DNA from: Octopus bimaculoides
Lineage: Eukaryota
Reading direction: 5' to 3'
Assembly (NCBI RefSeq): GCF_001194135.2
Contig: NC_068984.1
Coordinates: forward strand, 91,769,222-91,817,641
Length of the DNA stretch: 48,420 bases
Shown here: one piece after another, positions 1 through 11,989 of the stretch
Position numbering within the stretch: position 1 is the stretch's first letter
Layout: every line of letters begins with the position of its first letter
Translations under genes and position numbers: made by a program
The notes under the pieces: generated by a model
Told to the model about the DNA's origin: nothing
Database searches by the model: none
Seen by the model: only the letters and a program-made list of their open reading frames with translations

Positions 1-760
1 ACCTGGGTATCGACATGAGTGATCATACCTCTTTCTAAGTGCACATTACCAGGATGGCAACAAAGTGCAGACGATTGGCTGGATGGATCCTGAGAACATT
101 CAGAATCAGAGATAAGGAAACCATGATGATCCTCTGGAGGACATTCGTCCTCAGCCGCCTGGATTACTGCTCACAGCTGTGGTCACCCACCAGTGTGAAA
201 TTAACAGCAGACCTTGAAGCAATCCAGAGAAGATTCACAAAGAAGATTGTCTCTTTGTAACTGCTCAGCTACTGGGAAAGGCTGAAACAGCTAAGACTCT
301 ACTCCTTGCAGAGAAGGCGGGAGAGGTATGCAGTAATATACATCTGAAAGATCCTGAAAGGAATTGTGCCAAATTTTGGCATTGAAAGCTACACCAATGC
401 TAGAACGGGACTACACTGCATAGTGCCAAAGATCCCAGCAATGCCATCGCGTTTCAGGACCAGTTACTGCAACAGTTTGGGTTTCAGTGGCTCAGCTTTT
501 TAATATTCTCCCAAAGAGCCTGAGGAACCTGCACAAAGTAGATGTAGGGGTTTTAAAATCAAAGCTGGACCTCTTCCTGTCGAGAGTCCCAGATGAACCT
601 ACCTCGCGGCAGGAGGTGCAAATGAGGGTTGCTAAATCAAACTCCATTCTTCACCAAGTGCCACAAATTGTAAGAGGCTCCCTGTAATAACAGTGTAGCA
701 ACACGGCGGTGCATCAGCATGGCCGCAGCTCTAAGCTGAAACTATAATAAAAAAAAAATT
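1..760 (+). mobile_element. CR1-group LINE 3' end (post-RT region), pseudogenised, with A-rich tail
   Basis: Translations FVLSRLDYCSQLWSP...LEAIQRRFTKKI and QLFNILPKSLRNL...FKSKLDLFLSRVPDEP; in-frame stops; ends ctgaaactataataaaaaaaaaaa; close second copy at 21317-21978. Confidence 0.85.
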
Positions 761-804
761 ATAAATTCAATTCAATTTAAATATTGTATACAAACAAATG
801 ACAC

Positions 805-910
805 ATCTCATAAATTACAGCTGTTTCCGCTTCATTAATAAAACGAAGTTTTTCAAGAATAATCAAACCCGTTTAAACATGTAATGATGCGTCATCAGAT
901 AGATATATCT
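805..910 (-). ncRNA. Hammerhead-ribozyme-like motif with long stem II (PLE-type)
   Basis: Minus strand: CTGATGA, then CGCATCATTA...TAATGAAGCG (9/10 bp stem II), GAAA, palindromic ACAGCTGT stem III, then A (GUA triplet). Stem I pairing is weak. Confidence 0.55.
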
Positions 911-1682
911 GCTTCAATATTTGACAAAAAATATCAAAAAATATAAGAACGAGCTTAATCATAAATAAGTACATAATCTAACTGAAATTACGTAAATCCC
1001 TCAATTTAAATCTATAAATATTCAGTTCTATAACCGATTTTATTGCACAATACACACGTTCATATATACATATTTATATATACTAATATATACACGCATA
1101 CACCTATCATTTATGTATACATACATACACACACACGTACGTATAAGCACATGCATATTCAAATTCACAAATTTAGTTTTTCATCTATATATACATATAT
1201 CTATTTTGCATACATATACAATTCATACACACATGTATCTATTTATGTTAAAACATTATTTTATATTTTAATTCAAATCTAAATATTATAAATCTGATTA
1301 TTAGAATGCAGGGGAGATAACTATTTTTCTGTTTATAGAAACAAAACTAAAAACAAAACTAACTCGATACGGTCAACGAAAAAACCATTTAAATATATGC
1401 ATACAACAAAACAAAGCAATACAATACAAACGAAATGTACCACATACTAACAACGAACCAAAACAACAAATTAAATAAGATAAATAAGCTATATCTAGAT
1501 ATATACCCTATTATTCATTTACTCATATACATATACTTATCGATACTTATAAACAAAACGAAGAACGAAACCAATTGTATACGGACATAAAAAATAAAGT
1601 CTATACATACATCAAGACCAAAATAATACCAATATAAAACAATTTATTGTTTTAGTTTCCATCTACCACTTACGCTTACATA

Positions 1683-1870
1683 CTCTCGCCTCCCCCACAC
1701 CCCAACACCACCACACCACACCACACACCACCACACCACAACCACCACACCACACCACACCACACCACACCACATCACACCATCCAGCACATACTAGCGC
1801 TGACCACTTCCTAACACCCGCACCAGCGCACACACTAGCACTGACCACTTCACAGCACCCACACCATCAT
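1683..1870. repeat. CCACA/CAC-rich simple repeat
   Basis: Tandem accacaccac units visible directly. Confidence 0.9.
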
Positions 1871-1929
1871 CCACACACGTACACATGCACACACGTACAC
1901 GTCAAGGTCACTAGCCCCCTTCCGCACGC

Positions 1930-3310
1930 ACATACACGCTCTCACATACACACGCAAGCGCACCTTTGTTTTGGGATCACCACTACTTTATTATCTCCTT
2001 TTTCCTCCTAGCTCTCCTGTGTGATCCCTCTGTCCGGCATTCGCCATGATAGATCGCTAACCACTAAACCTTTTCTATTTTCTCTCCCTGTTTATTTCTG
2101 TGTTCCTTTTTGTCGAAGAGCGTAGGCTCGAAACATAAAAGAGCTTCTCACTTCCCGAGCTTTAAACTAATACATCTGCTTGTTGTTTACACACTCGTCT
2201 TCGTCTTTTTTTTTTTGTAAATTCTCACTATGTATTACACGCTCACGTGGTTGCACCAGTTTTATCCTGTCTCCACCTCATAACACTTCGAACTTTTCTT
2301 GGACTGTTCTACTCGGATTCTCTACCTGGACTTTCTTCTACTCTCCTACACTCGGACTCCTACACTTCGGCTGCACCTCTCCTTCCCATGGAATACACTG
2401 GACTCTTCCTTTCTAAACTTTTTTGTACTTTCTGCTTTTGCCTATTGTCGTTCCTCTCAATCCGCACTTGTTACCTTGCCTCTCTCTCCCTCCCTTTCTT
2501 TCTTCCCTTTGTCTTCTCTTCTGCCTTTCTTCCCCTTTTTTCTTTGTTTCTTCCTTCTTCCTCCTTCTTTCTCTCTTAGTTTTTATCTTTTCTTCTCCTC
2601 CAGCCGCTTGTATTTTTTCTCCTCACGCCATTTGCATTTTTCTCCCCACACCTTTTGAATTTGTCCTCCTCACGTCTGTATTTGCCTTTCTCTCTCCCCT
2701 TTCCCCTTTTTCTCCTTTCTCTTTTCTTCTCATTTTTCAATCATGCCCGATTACAGACCTTTCCTCCTCCCCCTTCACCACAGCCTAAAATTCATCTTCC
2801 ACACTTCCTTTCCACTGCTTTCAACGTTCTATTAGCCTTTCTCTACTAATTTAAAAAAAAACACGCTTCTGTAGCCAGTCGCTTTCCTTTCTCAGTCGCT
2901 GCCTTCATCACCGCCTCATCCCTAAAGGTTTCCCACTCTATTCTCCACTCTGTTTCAATCATCCTACCCATACTCCTTACTACATCCTACCACCTTATAC
3001 GCGCCACAATTCGTTCTAATCTCTCCAAAATACACACCATCGACCGCCTTCCCTCTCTTGCTTTTTTCATCTTATTCTCCTCTCAGTCACCCTCCCAAAC
3101 TAACACTACTTTACGTTACATAATTCATTTAAATCGTCTCTTTCATCAAATTCTCGCTCACACCAAACAATGTAAAACTCCACCACTCCTCCATTCCATC
3201 ACACCCGACGCTACTACCCCAACTCCTCCCTGATACACTCCCCCACCCTCACCAAACACCCGTCCATCCCAACCTCCACCCACATACCCCTCATCCTCTC
3301 CTTCCCAGCC
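1930..3310 (+). mobile_element. Penelope-like element fragment: pseudo-LTR, pyrimidine-rich tract and N-terminal ORF remnant
   Basis: gaagagcgtaggctcgaaac HHR-like motif at about 2111-2134; long CT-rich tract; degraded LIPKGF peptide near 2915-2930 resembling PLE N-termini. Confidence 0.45.
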
Positions 3311-3315
3311 TTCCA

Positions 3316-3520
3316 CCGCCTTTAGTAGAGCAAATCCACCACAGGACTTATTCTTTGTTAGCCTAGTACTTATTCTATCGGGCTCTTTTGCCGAACCGAT
3401 AAGTTTCGGCTACATAAACACACCAACATCAGTTGTCAAGCGATGGTGGTGGTGGTGGTGGGGGGACAAACTCAGACACAAAGACACACACACTCACATA
3501 AAGATATAAGCATATATATA
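3316..3520 (-). mobile_element. tRNA-derived SINE, 3' part
   Basis: gacttattctttgt(t/a)agcctagtacttattctatcgg...gttgtcaagcga shared with 37710-38010 and 40965-41150. Confidence 0.75.
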
Positions 3521-3526
3521 TATATA

Positions 3527-3941
3527 NNNNNNNNNNNNNNNNNNNNNNNNNNNNNNNNNNNNNNNNNNNNNNNNNNNNNNNNNNNNNNNNNNNNNNNNNN
3601 NNNNNNNNNNNNNNNNNNNNNNNNNNNNNNNNNNNNNNNNNNNNNNNNNNNNNNNNNNNNNNNNNNNNNNNNNNNNNNNNNNNNNNNNNNNNNNNNNNNN
3701 NNNNNNNNNNNNNNNNNNNNNNNNNNNNNNNNNNNNNNNNNNNNNNNNNNNNNNNNNNNNNNNNNNNNNNNNNNNNNNNNNNNNNNNNNNNNNNNNNNNN
3801 NNNNNNNNNNNNNNNNNNNNNNNNNNNNNNNNNNNNNNNNNNNNNNNNNNNNNNNNNNNNNNNNNNNNNNNNNNNNNNNNNNNNNNNNNNNNNNNNNNNN
3901 NNNNNNNNNNNNNNNNNNNNNNNNNNNNNNNNNNNNNNNNN
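3527..3941. other. Assembly gap (others at 11509-11869, 16761-17037, 21070-21079, 30741-30855, 40261-40715, 43551-43868, 44352-44402)
   Basis: Runs of N. Confidence 1.
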
Positions 3942-3999
3942 ACAACGTGAGGACGTGATACAGATTGTGTTACTAGACGCTCGGGAATATATATATATA

Positions 4000-5245
4000 C
4001 AGGGTGGAGAAGCAAAACTTGGAATATTTTGGAAGCCTTATTTTTGGTATACACCTGAGCGTAAATACTAAAATGTTGTTTTCTATTTCAGAGTAGAGGT
4101 ATATAGAGTTAATTGAAGCAGAAATTCCAGTCATACGATCTAGTATGTCCACTCAAGAAACCAAGAGTCAACGCATTGCAGATTTGCTTCGTGCTGGGGT
4201 TGCAATTAGACGTATTGCTGAGACTGTCGGGGCCTCTGTGTGCACTGTCTACAACGTTAAGAACCGAATACTGGATATGAAAGGTATCAAGAGAAAGCAA
4301 GGAAGTAGAGGCATAAATGAAAAAAACGGGATAATGCATTTCTTAAATCCCTCAAAGTCAAATTTCGAAAGACCCATCAACATCTATGAGAAAACTGTCC
4401 ATGGATGTGAAAGTTGATCCAATGACTTACAGTTGGGATCGTACGTGAGGACCCCGAGACACCTATTGCAATGAAAGCCGGAAGGCATGAAGGGGCCAAA
4501 AAAGTGTTGCAATACTTGGAGTACAATGGACAAACCGTCATAATCTTTTCAGATGAAAAAAATCTTTACCGTTGATGCTGTTTTAAACTGTCGCAATGAT
4601 CGATACATTGCTAAGTCACCTTCTGAAGTAAATGGGCTCTTTAGGACCAAGCACCCAGCTCAAGTCATGGTACTCGGAGTCGTGGCGTCTGACGGAATAA
4701 AGATGCCTCTCCATTTTTTCAAGACTGGGGAAAAGGTGGCGACTGAACTTTATTATAAAGCCCTGCGGTATAAGGTTTTACCTTGGCTGAAGTCTAACTA
4801 CCCCAACGGTAATCATGTGTGGACCCAAGATGGTGCTCCTGCTCATTAGGCGAAGAAAGTGCAGAAATTCTGCGAAGACAACTTCACCGACTTTTGGCCT
4901 GCCAACTTCTGGCTTTCTTCGAGTCTAGACTTGAACCCCCTGGACTATGCCGTATGGGGCAAACTGGAGCACTCTACCAACAGAACTTCGTATCCAAGTG
5001 TTGGTTATCTTAAGAAATTCCCGAGAGAAGAGTGGGACAACATGTTTGAGTACTTCATCATGAAGAGTTGTGATGCCTTTAGGCGGCGTGTGAAGGCTGT
5101 GGGCATATTTAATAAATTGCATATTGAATTGTCTCTTTATACTCCTATTAACTTCTGTTAAATCATATTTTAGGTTTCTGGTTGTTGTAAAATGAACAAT
5201 TTGGTGAATTATCTATTATTTTCTAAGTTTTGGTTCCCCACCCTG
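4000..5245 (+). mobile_element. maT-type (DD37D) IS630-Tc1-mariner transposon, near full length, disrupted
   Basis: TIRs CAGGGTGG(A/G)GAA(G/C)CAAAACTT with TA flanks; IFSDEKIFTVD, TQDGAPAH, LDLNPLDY with 37 residues between the 2nd and 3rd D; stops and frameshifts. Confidence 0.88.
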
Positions 5246-5274
5246 TACATATATATATATATATATATATGAGA

Positions 5275-5410
5275 GGCTTGTTTCAGTTTCTACCTATCAA
5301 ATCCATTCACAAGGCTGAGGCTATAGTAGAAAACACCTACCCCAGGTGTCATGTAGTGGGACTGAGCTCGCAATCATGTGTTTGGGAAGCAAACTTATTA
5401 CCATGCAGTC
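5275..5410 (-). mobile_element. tRNA-derived SINE, 5' part
   Basis: cacaaggc...gaggctatagtagaa...gggactga...aagcaa shared with 37880-38010. Confidence 0.65.
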
Positions 5411-5539
5411 ACATTAATTATACATATATGTAGCAACAGGTGCGCTAAGTGGTAGGTGGACAAATTTCCATATGAGTTTATATACAAGTTAGGTTTATTA
5501 AGTCACAGGAATGGCCACGTAATAACCAAAAATAAATAG

Positions 5540-6250
5540 CTGATGTTTCACTTATTTCATGATGGTCGTTTCAGTTGTCGATAACCAAGAAGTATTACTT
5601 ATTATACCATTCATCAACGATATCGTCATATAGTATATTGAAATACAATACTATTTATGCTGAAATACAGAATGATGTGCAATAATTAGTGTTAGAACGA
5701 AAGGTATATACAATATGGACAAACAAATGTATCGCAGTTTAATTTGGGAGCTTTAAAAAGTCAAGGTGACATACAAAATGTAGGTCATTGAAATAAATTG
5801 AATCGGGTCATAAACGAAAAAGAAGAAAAAAGCTTAATAGGTAAAAGTTAATTTTGGATGGCAGGAAGATTATGTATAAATTGACTAGGTATAAATTTAC
5901 ATAATTTATACATTGATTAAGTTTATGATAAGGAAAAACAACTTAGGGCAAAGGGCAAGCGTTATAAACAACACACTGATATGCTCGAATGAAACTGTCA
6001 AACCATTACTCTTAAAGAATTTATAGATTTTTCTCCTGGTTCTCTCTAGTTGAACGGTAGTATAATCTATCAGTTAACAATGCATCATTCCTGTATAAAC
6101 CACCACCTAAATCTGGAAATGGTTTACCTAATTCTTAGAGAAGCTATAATCCCATTAAGTTTGTCTGAAGTAAATAACAATACCGAGAATTCATCTACCA
6201 CAAGAAATAAAGACAATTTCCCGAATGTGCCGATGTATACATAGACAAAC
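5540..6250 (-). mobile_element. Penelope-like element fragment (RT remnant and 3' pseudo-LTR)
   Basis: Minus-strand GGGLYRNDAL (YxDD-like) and KIYKFFKSNGLTVS remnants; 5640-5800 is homologous to 12170-12260. Confidence 0.55.
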
Positions 6251-6299
6251 AGCATCAGGTCACCCAGATCGTATCTAATTAGAAAACTAGTTAAGAAGA

Positions 6300-9200
6300 G
6301 TTGACGGAGACAAGCATCAACAGCTGATGATGCGTAGCCCTGAAAAGGGCTATTAGGTCAGAGTGGACAAGTTTTAGTCAGGAAATAGTGATAGAGAATT
6401 CTACAGTAAACGGAAAGCTAGTTAGTAACCTAGAAATGTTTAAGAAAGTCATTGCCACTGACATGATCACAGCGTGAGTAGCCCTCGAGCATGAAGGTTG
6501 TGTTTTTAGAGCTAGGGTGTATGCAGTAAGGCACGAGGGGAACAAAAGCTGTTTGTTCTTTCATGGCACAAATAAACAAAAAACGTCACAGTTGACAAAT
6601 GAGGAGGAGCGCATGCTACTAGATTCCAAGCAAATGGGTGCGGCTTTTCAGTGGCATTTCGCTCAACTGCTTGGGTCGGATGGTGGACCACAGATGGGTC
6701 GGACTTAATTGCCTACCTTGACGACCTGCCGCAACTCTCGGATAGGAATGTGGAGTTCTGCGGAAGGCTTATAACAGCTAGCAAAATACGGGAATCGAGG
6801 GCTAGTTGCTCGATGAAGAAGCCGCTGAAGATGAATGGTCAAGCTTACGAGCTGTATATTCATATACCAGACATGTTCAGGGACCACTTGCTAGATGTCT
6901 CCTGGAACTGACAGCAGAACAGGAGAATTCCCAGTTTTGCGAAAAGAGGTGTGTAGTAGAGCAGAAAAAGAACCCAATCAAGAGGGTTGGCTTTAACAAC
7001 TTCAGGCCTGTAACTCTGTTAAATGGCGAGTTGCAGATTTTAGTCAAGTATTAGCTAAGCGTACTCTAACATGGTGGGGACCTAATTAATATAGATAAGT
7101 CAAAAGCATTGGATCGGGTCGACTATTACGTTAGCACGCCTGGCTTCGGGCCTGTCTGGATCACTGCAATGAACTGCGATATTTTCTCGTTGGTCAAAGT
7201 AAATACCCAACTAATGGAATCGTTAAGTATTGTGCGTTCGGTCTGTCAAGGGCGCACCTTTCTCTCCTCTTCTGTATATATTGACTCTAGAGCTTCTACT
7301 GCAGAGGTTCCGAGAAGAATCCTGCGAGAACTAGGATGCAGAAGACCTCTGACTGCATATGTGAACAAAGTCACCGCAATAGTGTCGAACACCAAAACAT
7401 CTGGGTTTCCTACTCTCCACAACTACCCGTATCTGTAAAACATGAAGGTTGCATTGCTAGGGTATGCGCGCTGAAATATGAAGGCTCAAAAGACGTGGGT
7501 TGGGCCCGATTGGAGTAGGAACAGTACTGCAACAAAACTAAAACACTGTCTGTGGAGATCACAAGGAGCGTGTGCTCTTCGATCCCAAGCAGACGAGCGT
7601 GGAGTTTCGCAGCATTTCGCCGAACTGTTTTCGGGGAGTAGAACACCTGAGACATCGGTTTTGAGGACTACCTCAATATTTTGCCGCGCCTATCGGACAG
7701 GGAAATTGAGTGTTGTGAATAAACTATTCCATGGGAAGAAGTAGCAGATGTGCTGAGACGCTGCATGGTGCACAAATCACGAAGATAACATAGTCTGCTC
7801 TACAAGCTATATTTCTGTATGCCAGACTTGTTTGCACTTGTTTTGACAACCATCTACTGCAGCTGGCAACAGACTGGGAGCAGTCGCTGTCGTGTGAGCC
7901 GGTGAGTGCTGACTCTGCTGAAGAAGGAACCAAACAAGAGGGGAACATAATTGAAAATTTCAGGCCAATTTCTTTGCTCAACACTGAATTAAATAATTCT
8001 GCTAAGGTGCTCGCCAAGAGGCTCGCACTTGTTGTCGGTAGTATTATCAGAGTCGTGTAAACTTCTGCGATCCTTGGCAGGTCTATCCCTGACAACCTCC
8101 ACCTCATGAGATACATCGAAGAACGGGTGGAGCACTGATGAATTTGGACCACTCTAAGGCATTTGATAAGGAAAACCATAGCTATCTGGTGGCTATCCTA
8201 AGAGCCGTCGGTTTCGGTCCTATCTTCAGAAGCTGGATTACCACAATGCACAGTGGCGTCTGTTCGGTAGTCAAATTAAACGGCTGTGCCTTGACAACCA
8301 TCTACTGCAACTGGCAACAGACTGGGAGCACGGTTCGTCAAGTATGCCCAGCCTTTCTCCGCTTTTATACGTTTTGGCAATGGAACTTATGTTACGAAGG
8401 TAGGAGAGTTGGAGGGGCATCCTGCTGAAACTACGACACAGGAGCGCAGTGTCTGCAAACGCAGACAACGTCACTGTTTATATCCGAAGCGTCACTGTCG
8501 GACACTTTGGATATAAAAGCGATCAATACTGTACTGAAAAAAATACCAGTTATAGGAGCACACATAAACCAGGACAAATCGGTGTGGTTGCTACTAGGCT
8601 CTTGTAGAATCGAATTCATGTTGATCAACGGCAATTTCTGTCGTTGGACTGAGGGTTCAGTGAAAGTACTCAGAGTCTGGTTCGGACCAGACCCCCAGGT
8701 GGATAGAGATTATGAGCATGGTAGCCAGTCTCTGAAAGGCCGGAAGTAGCGAATGCATACATCGCCTCAGTGGTTAATTACTGCTTGACCATTGTACCTT
8801 GTTCCAAGAAAACTCTGACTAGCTCGGAGCGCTTGTTTTTCCAATTCTTATGGAACGGTAAAGGTTCCGCTGGTCAAGAAATGTATCTGCTGTTAACATC
8901 CACTCCGTGGTGGTGTCAGAATGGCGCTGGAACCCGTTGAGGCTGAGGCACTTGCAGAAATACCTAAATCATTTGCGATTGTGTCAATGACTACGAAAAC
9001 AAGGGCAAACTGGTGTGGGTGTTCAACATGTGACACGTCTTTCTGCAGCTCATCTTGACCGAGCTGCAGTCATGGGTTAAGCGTAGGCCAAGATTAGGCG
9101 TATAGCATCTAGAACATTGCCAGGCACTTACAGCATTGTATCAACTCGACAAAGCTGTTTACGGGAAAGTAACTGAAGATCTCCAAAGGGAGTTTGTCGT

Positions 9201-9540
9201 GGATATGAACAGTGATGGCCTGGGATTGACTCTAGGTATCGACGAGATCTGTGGTCGATTCTGGAGAACTTTCAGGTCGAAGATCATGGACAACTTCCAG
9301 AAGTCCTTGGCATGGCTGTGATACAGGAGGGAGGAGGGCATTGCTTGTTGGAGACAAGCTCTTTAGGCAAGGTTAGCATTAACAGTTGAATCTGCTCGAG
9401 ATGCAAGCAGAGTAACGAACCGTCCTTCACGCAATCATTCAATATATTTTTCTATGTCTATTTGTAGGTTATTGTTGTAGTGTCTGCCTTTGATCGATCA
9501 AAACCCCACCTGTTTGTATGTTATCTCATCCTATGGGATT
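6300..9540 (+). mobile_element. Cluster of L1/Tx1-clade LINE ORF2 fragments (linker, RT, C-terminal region, 3' UTR)
   Basis: NNFRPVTLLNGELQIL, ENFRPISLLNTELNNSAKVLAKRLAL, LDHSKAFD, VRQVCP, WRTFRSKIMDNFQKSLAW; many stops and deletions. Confidence 0.85.
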
Positions 9541-9644
9541 GTCTTCAATGTCCCGGGCCCTTGTGTTCAATATAAGAAAATTTTCTTCTTATTTTGTTGA
9601 TAGTGGTATCATTGCTCAAGTGGTTGTAGTTACTTGAGCGACTC

Positions 9645-10020
9645 ATGTATGTATGTATGTCTGTATGTATGTATGTATGTATGTATGTAAGTATGTATGC
9701 ATGCATGTATGTATGTATGTATGTATGTATGTATGTATGCATGTATGTATGTACGCATGTGTGTGTATATATGTATGCATGCATGTATATATTTATCTAT
9801 GTATATATGTGTATATATTATGTTCACATATGTACAACTATGCGTGTATACTTTTAGATTTTTATTTCTTCTTTTTTATGTATATATATGTGTGTGTATG
9901 TGCATTTGTGCAAATAGAGGTGTGTAAATGAGAGTGTATGTGTGTAAATATATCCACGTATATATGTGCGCATGTGTATGTATGTATGTATGTATGTATG
10001 TATGTATGTATATGTACACA
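9645..10020. repeat. (TATG)n/(TG)n compound microsatellite
   Basis: Direct inspection. Confidence 0.95.
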
Positions 10021-10119
10021 CACAAACATTTATTTATACAGTGTGCGATGGGTAAATTGTAGCCATTTTATAATTTTAATTTCTCGCATGCGATTGTTTG
10101 ATTTTGATTTTGTCGACTA

Positions 10120-11495
10120 CACAGTATAATAGGGTCAGTTGGGCACCGTCTGTGAGAAAAACAGCATCATAACGCAATTCACTCTGCCAGAAATTTGGAA
10201 ACGACATGCTGTACTGCTTGGCATTCGCGCCGGAAGCATTCGGAAAGAGTTGAATTGAATAAGTCTAATGGTGATATTACGAAGGTACGGCAGCTCGGAA
10301 AACTCATTCTGATCGTTCCGATGGAAAAAAAAAAAAGAACTTCTGAATTCGTTAGTGAGATCAAGGCCATGATTGACAACGATCCCTCCATGTCAATCAG
10401 GTACATTGCCAGGGACATGGGAGTGTCTGTGTTTCTTATCAGGCAGGTAGTGCATGAAAGCATTTAGTATTCCTCATACAAGATGAGGTAGGGCCAGTTT
10501 TTATTCCAAGCCACCAAGGACAAGAGGAAAGGCCGCGCTACGAAGCTTTTGAACAAACTCAAGCATCCCCGCCAATCGAACATGCTTTGGTTTTTCTCAG
10601 ACGAGAACATTTTTTGCCAGGATCAGATGGTGACCAGAGCAACCGTTCGCTTGCTGTCTCCCAAAAACATGTACCGAGACCCTGTGTCTGGTAACAGGAC
10701 TCTGCACCATGACATACAAGCAGGAGAACCCAGTCATGGCTGTCAGACAATTTCTGTGACCACATCACCCCTAACACCTGGCCACCTAACTCCCCAGACT
10801 ACAAGGAAAATGTCAGCATTCACCAATTGAAGGCAAGGATCATGACAGCATTCACCAACTTAAAGAGATCGTCCAGAAATGTTGCAGGAGATTCCAAAGT
10901 CGTCTGGATACTGTGGTTGAAGCTAATGGCGAGTTTATTGAATAAATTTATTCTTTAGTATTTCAAAATATTTGTATGTAATTTTGCTGAATATATCTGT
11001 TAAAATGGGATGTCAGTGTTATATACATTTTTGCGTAATTTAGACGACAATATATTCTTTTCTACTCTAGGCACAAGGCCTGACATTTTTTGGAGAAGGG
11101 GGCCAGTCGATTAGATGGCCCCCCCCCCAGTACGCAACTGGTACTTAATTTATCGACCTCGAAAGGATGAAAGGCAAAGTCGACCTCGGCGGAATTGAAT
11201 TTGAACTCAGAATGTAAAGACAGATGAAATACCTATTTCGTTATTGCCCACAAGGGGCTAAACATAGAGGGAACAAACAAGAACAGACGAACGGATTAAG
11301 TCGATTACATCGACCCCAGTGCGTAACTGGTACTTAATTTATCGACCCCGAAAGGATGAAAGGCAAAGTCGACCTCGGCGGAATTTGAACTCAGAACGTA
11401 ACGGCAGACGAAATACTGCTAAGCATTTCGCCCGGTATGCTAACGTTTCTGCCAGCTCGCCGCCTTTAGACGACAATATATTCACCGCACCGTGT
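10120..11495 (+). mobile_element. maT-like transposon, internally deleted, interrupted by a SINE dimer
   Basis: IKAMIDNDPSMSIRYIARDMGVS (HTH) and LWFFSDENIFCQDQ; terminal segment resumes after the SINE and ends ...caccgcaccgtgTA; left end uncertain. Confidence 0.7.
11058..11464 (-). mobile_element. Dimeric tRNA-derived SINE with 19-bp target-site duplication
   Basis: Two tandem ggtacttaatttatcgacc(t/c)cgaaaggatgaaaggcaaagtcgacctcggcggaatt units; TTTAGACGACAATATATTC at 11039-11057 and 11465-11483. Confidence 0.85.
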
Positions 11496-11989
11496 ATATA
11501 TATATATANNNNNNNNNNNNNNNNNNNNNNNNNNNNNNNNNNNNNNNNNNNNNNNNNNNNNNNNNNNNNNNNNNNNNNNNNNNNNNNNNNNNNNNNNNNN
11601 NNNNNNNNNNNNNNNNNNNNNNNNNNNNNNNNNNNNNNNNNNNNNNNNNNNNNNNNNNNNNNNNNNNNNNNNNNNNNNNNNNNNNNNNNNNNNNNNNNNN
11701 NNNNNNNNNNNNNNNNNNNNNNNNNNNNNNNNNNNNNNNNNNNNNNNNNNNNNNNNNNNNNNNNNNNNNNNNNNNNNNNNNNNNNNNNNNNNNNNNNNNN
11801 NNNNNNNNNNNNNNNNNNNNNNNNNNNNNNNNNNNNNNNNNNNNNNNNNNNNNNNNNNNNNNNNNNNNNGTCTGCGTGTGTGCGTGTGCGCGCGCGCTTG
11901 TGTGTGTATGTGTGTGCGTGTGCGTGCGTGCGTGCGTGTGTGTGTGTGTGTGCGCGCGCACACATGTTTATGTGTCGTATATGCTATAT

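Noticed and set aside
2180-2849. Overlapping F/L/S-rich ORFs resembling membrane proteins
   Set aside because: Product of a CT-rich low-complexity tract
3443-4054. Long ORFs spanning N gaps (also at 11.3-12.0, 16.6-17.1, 40.2-40.8 and 43.5-43.9 kb)
   Set aside because: Open only because X codons contain no stops
6324-6352. CTGATGA followed by a TAGCCCT-GAAA-AGGGCTA hairpin, resembling a ribozyme or terminator
   Set aside because: GAAA is in the loop rather than after stem II, and the stretch is homologous to LINE coding sequence at 33470-33510 (LKRAIR), so it is likely coincidental
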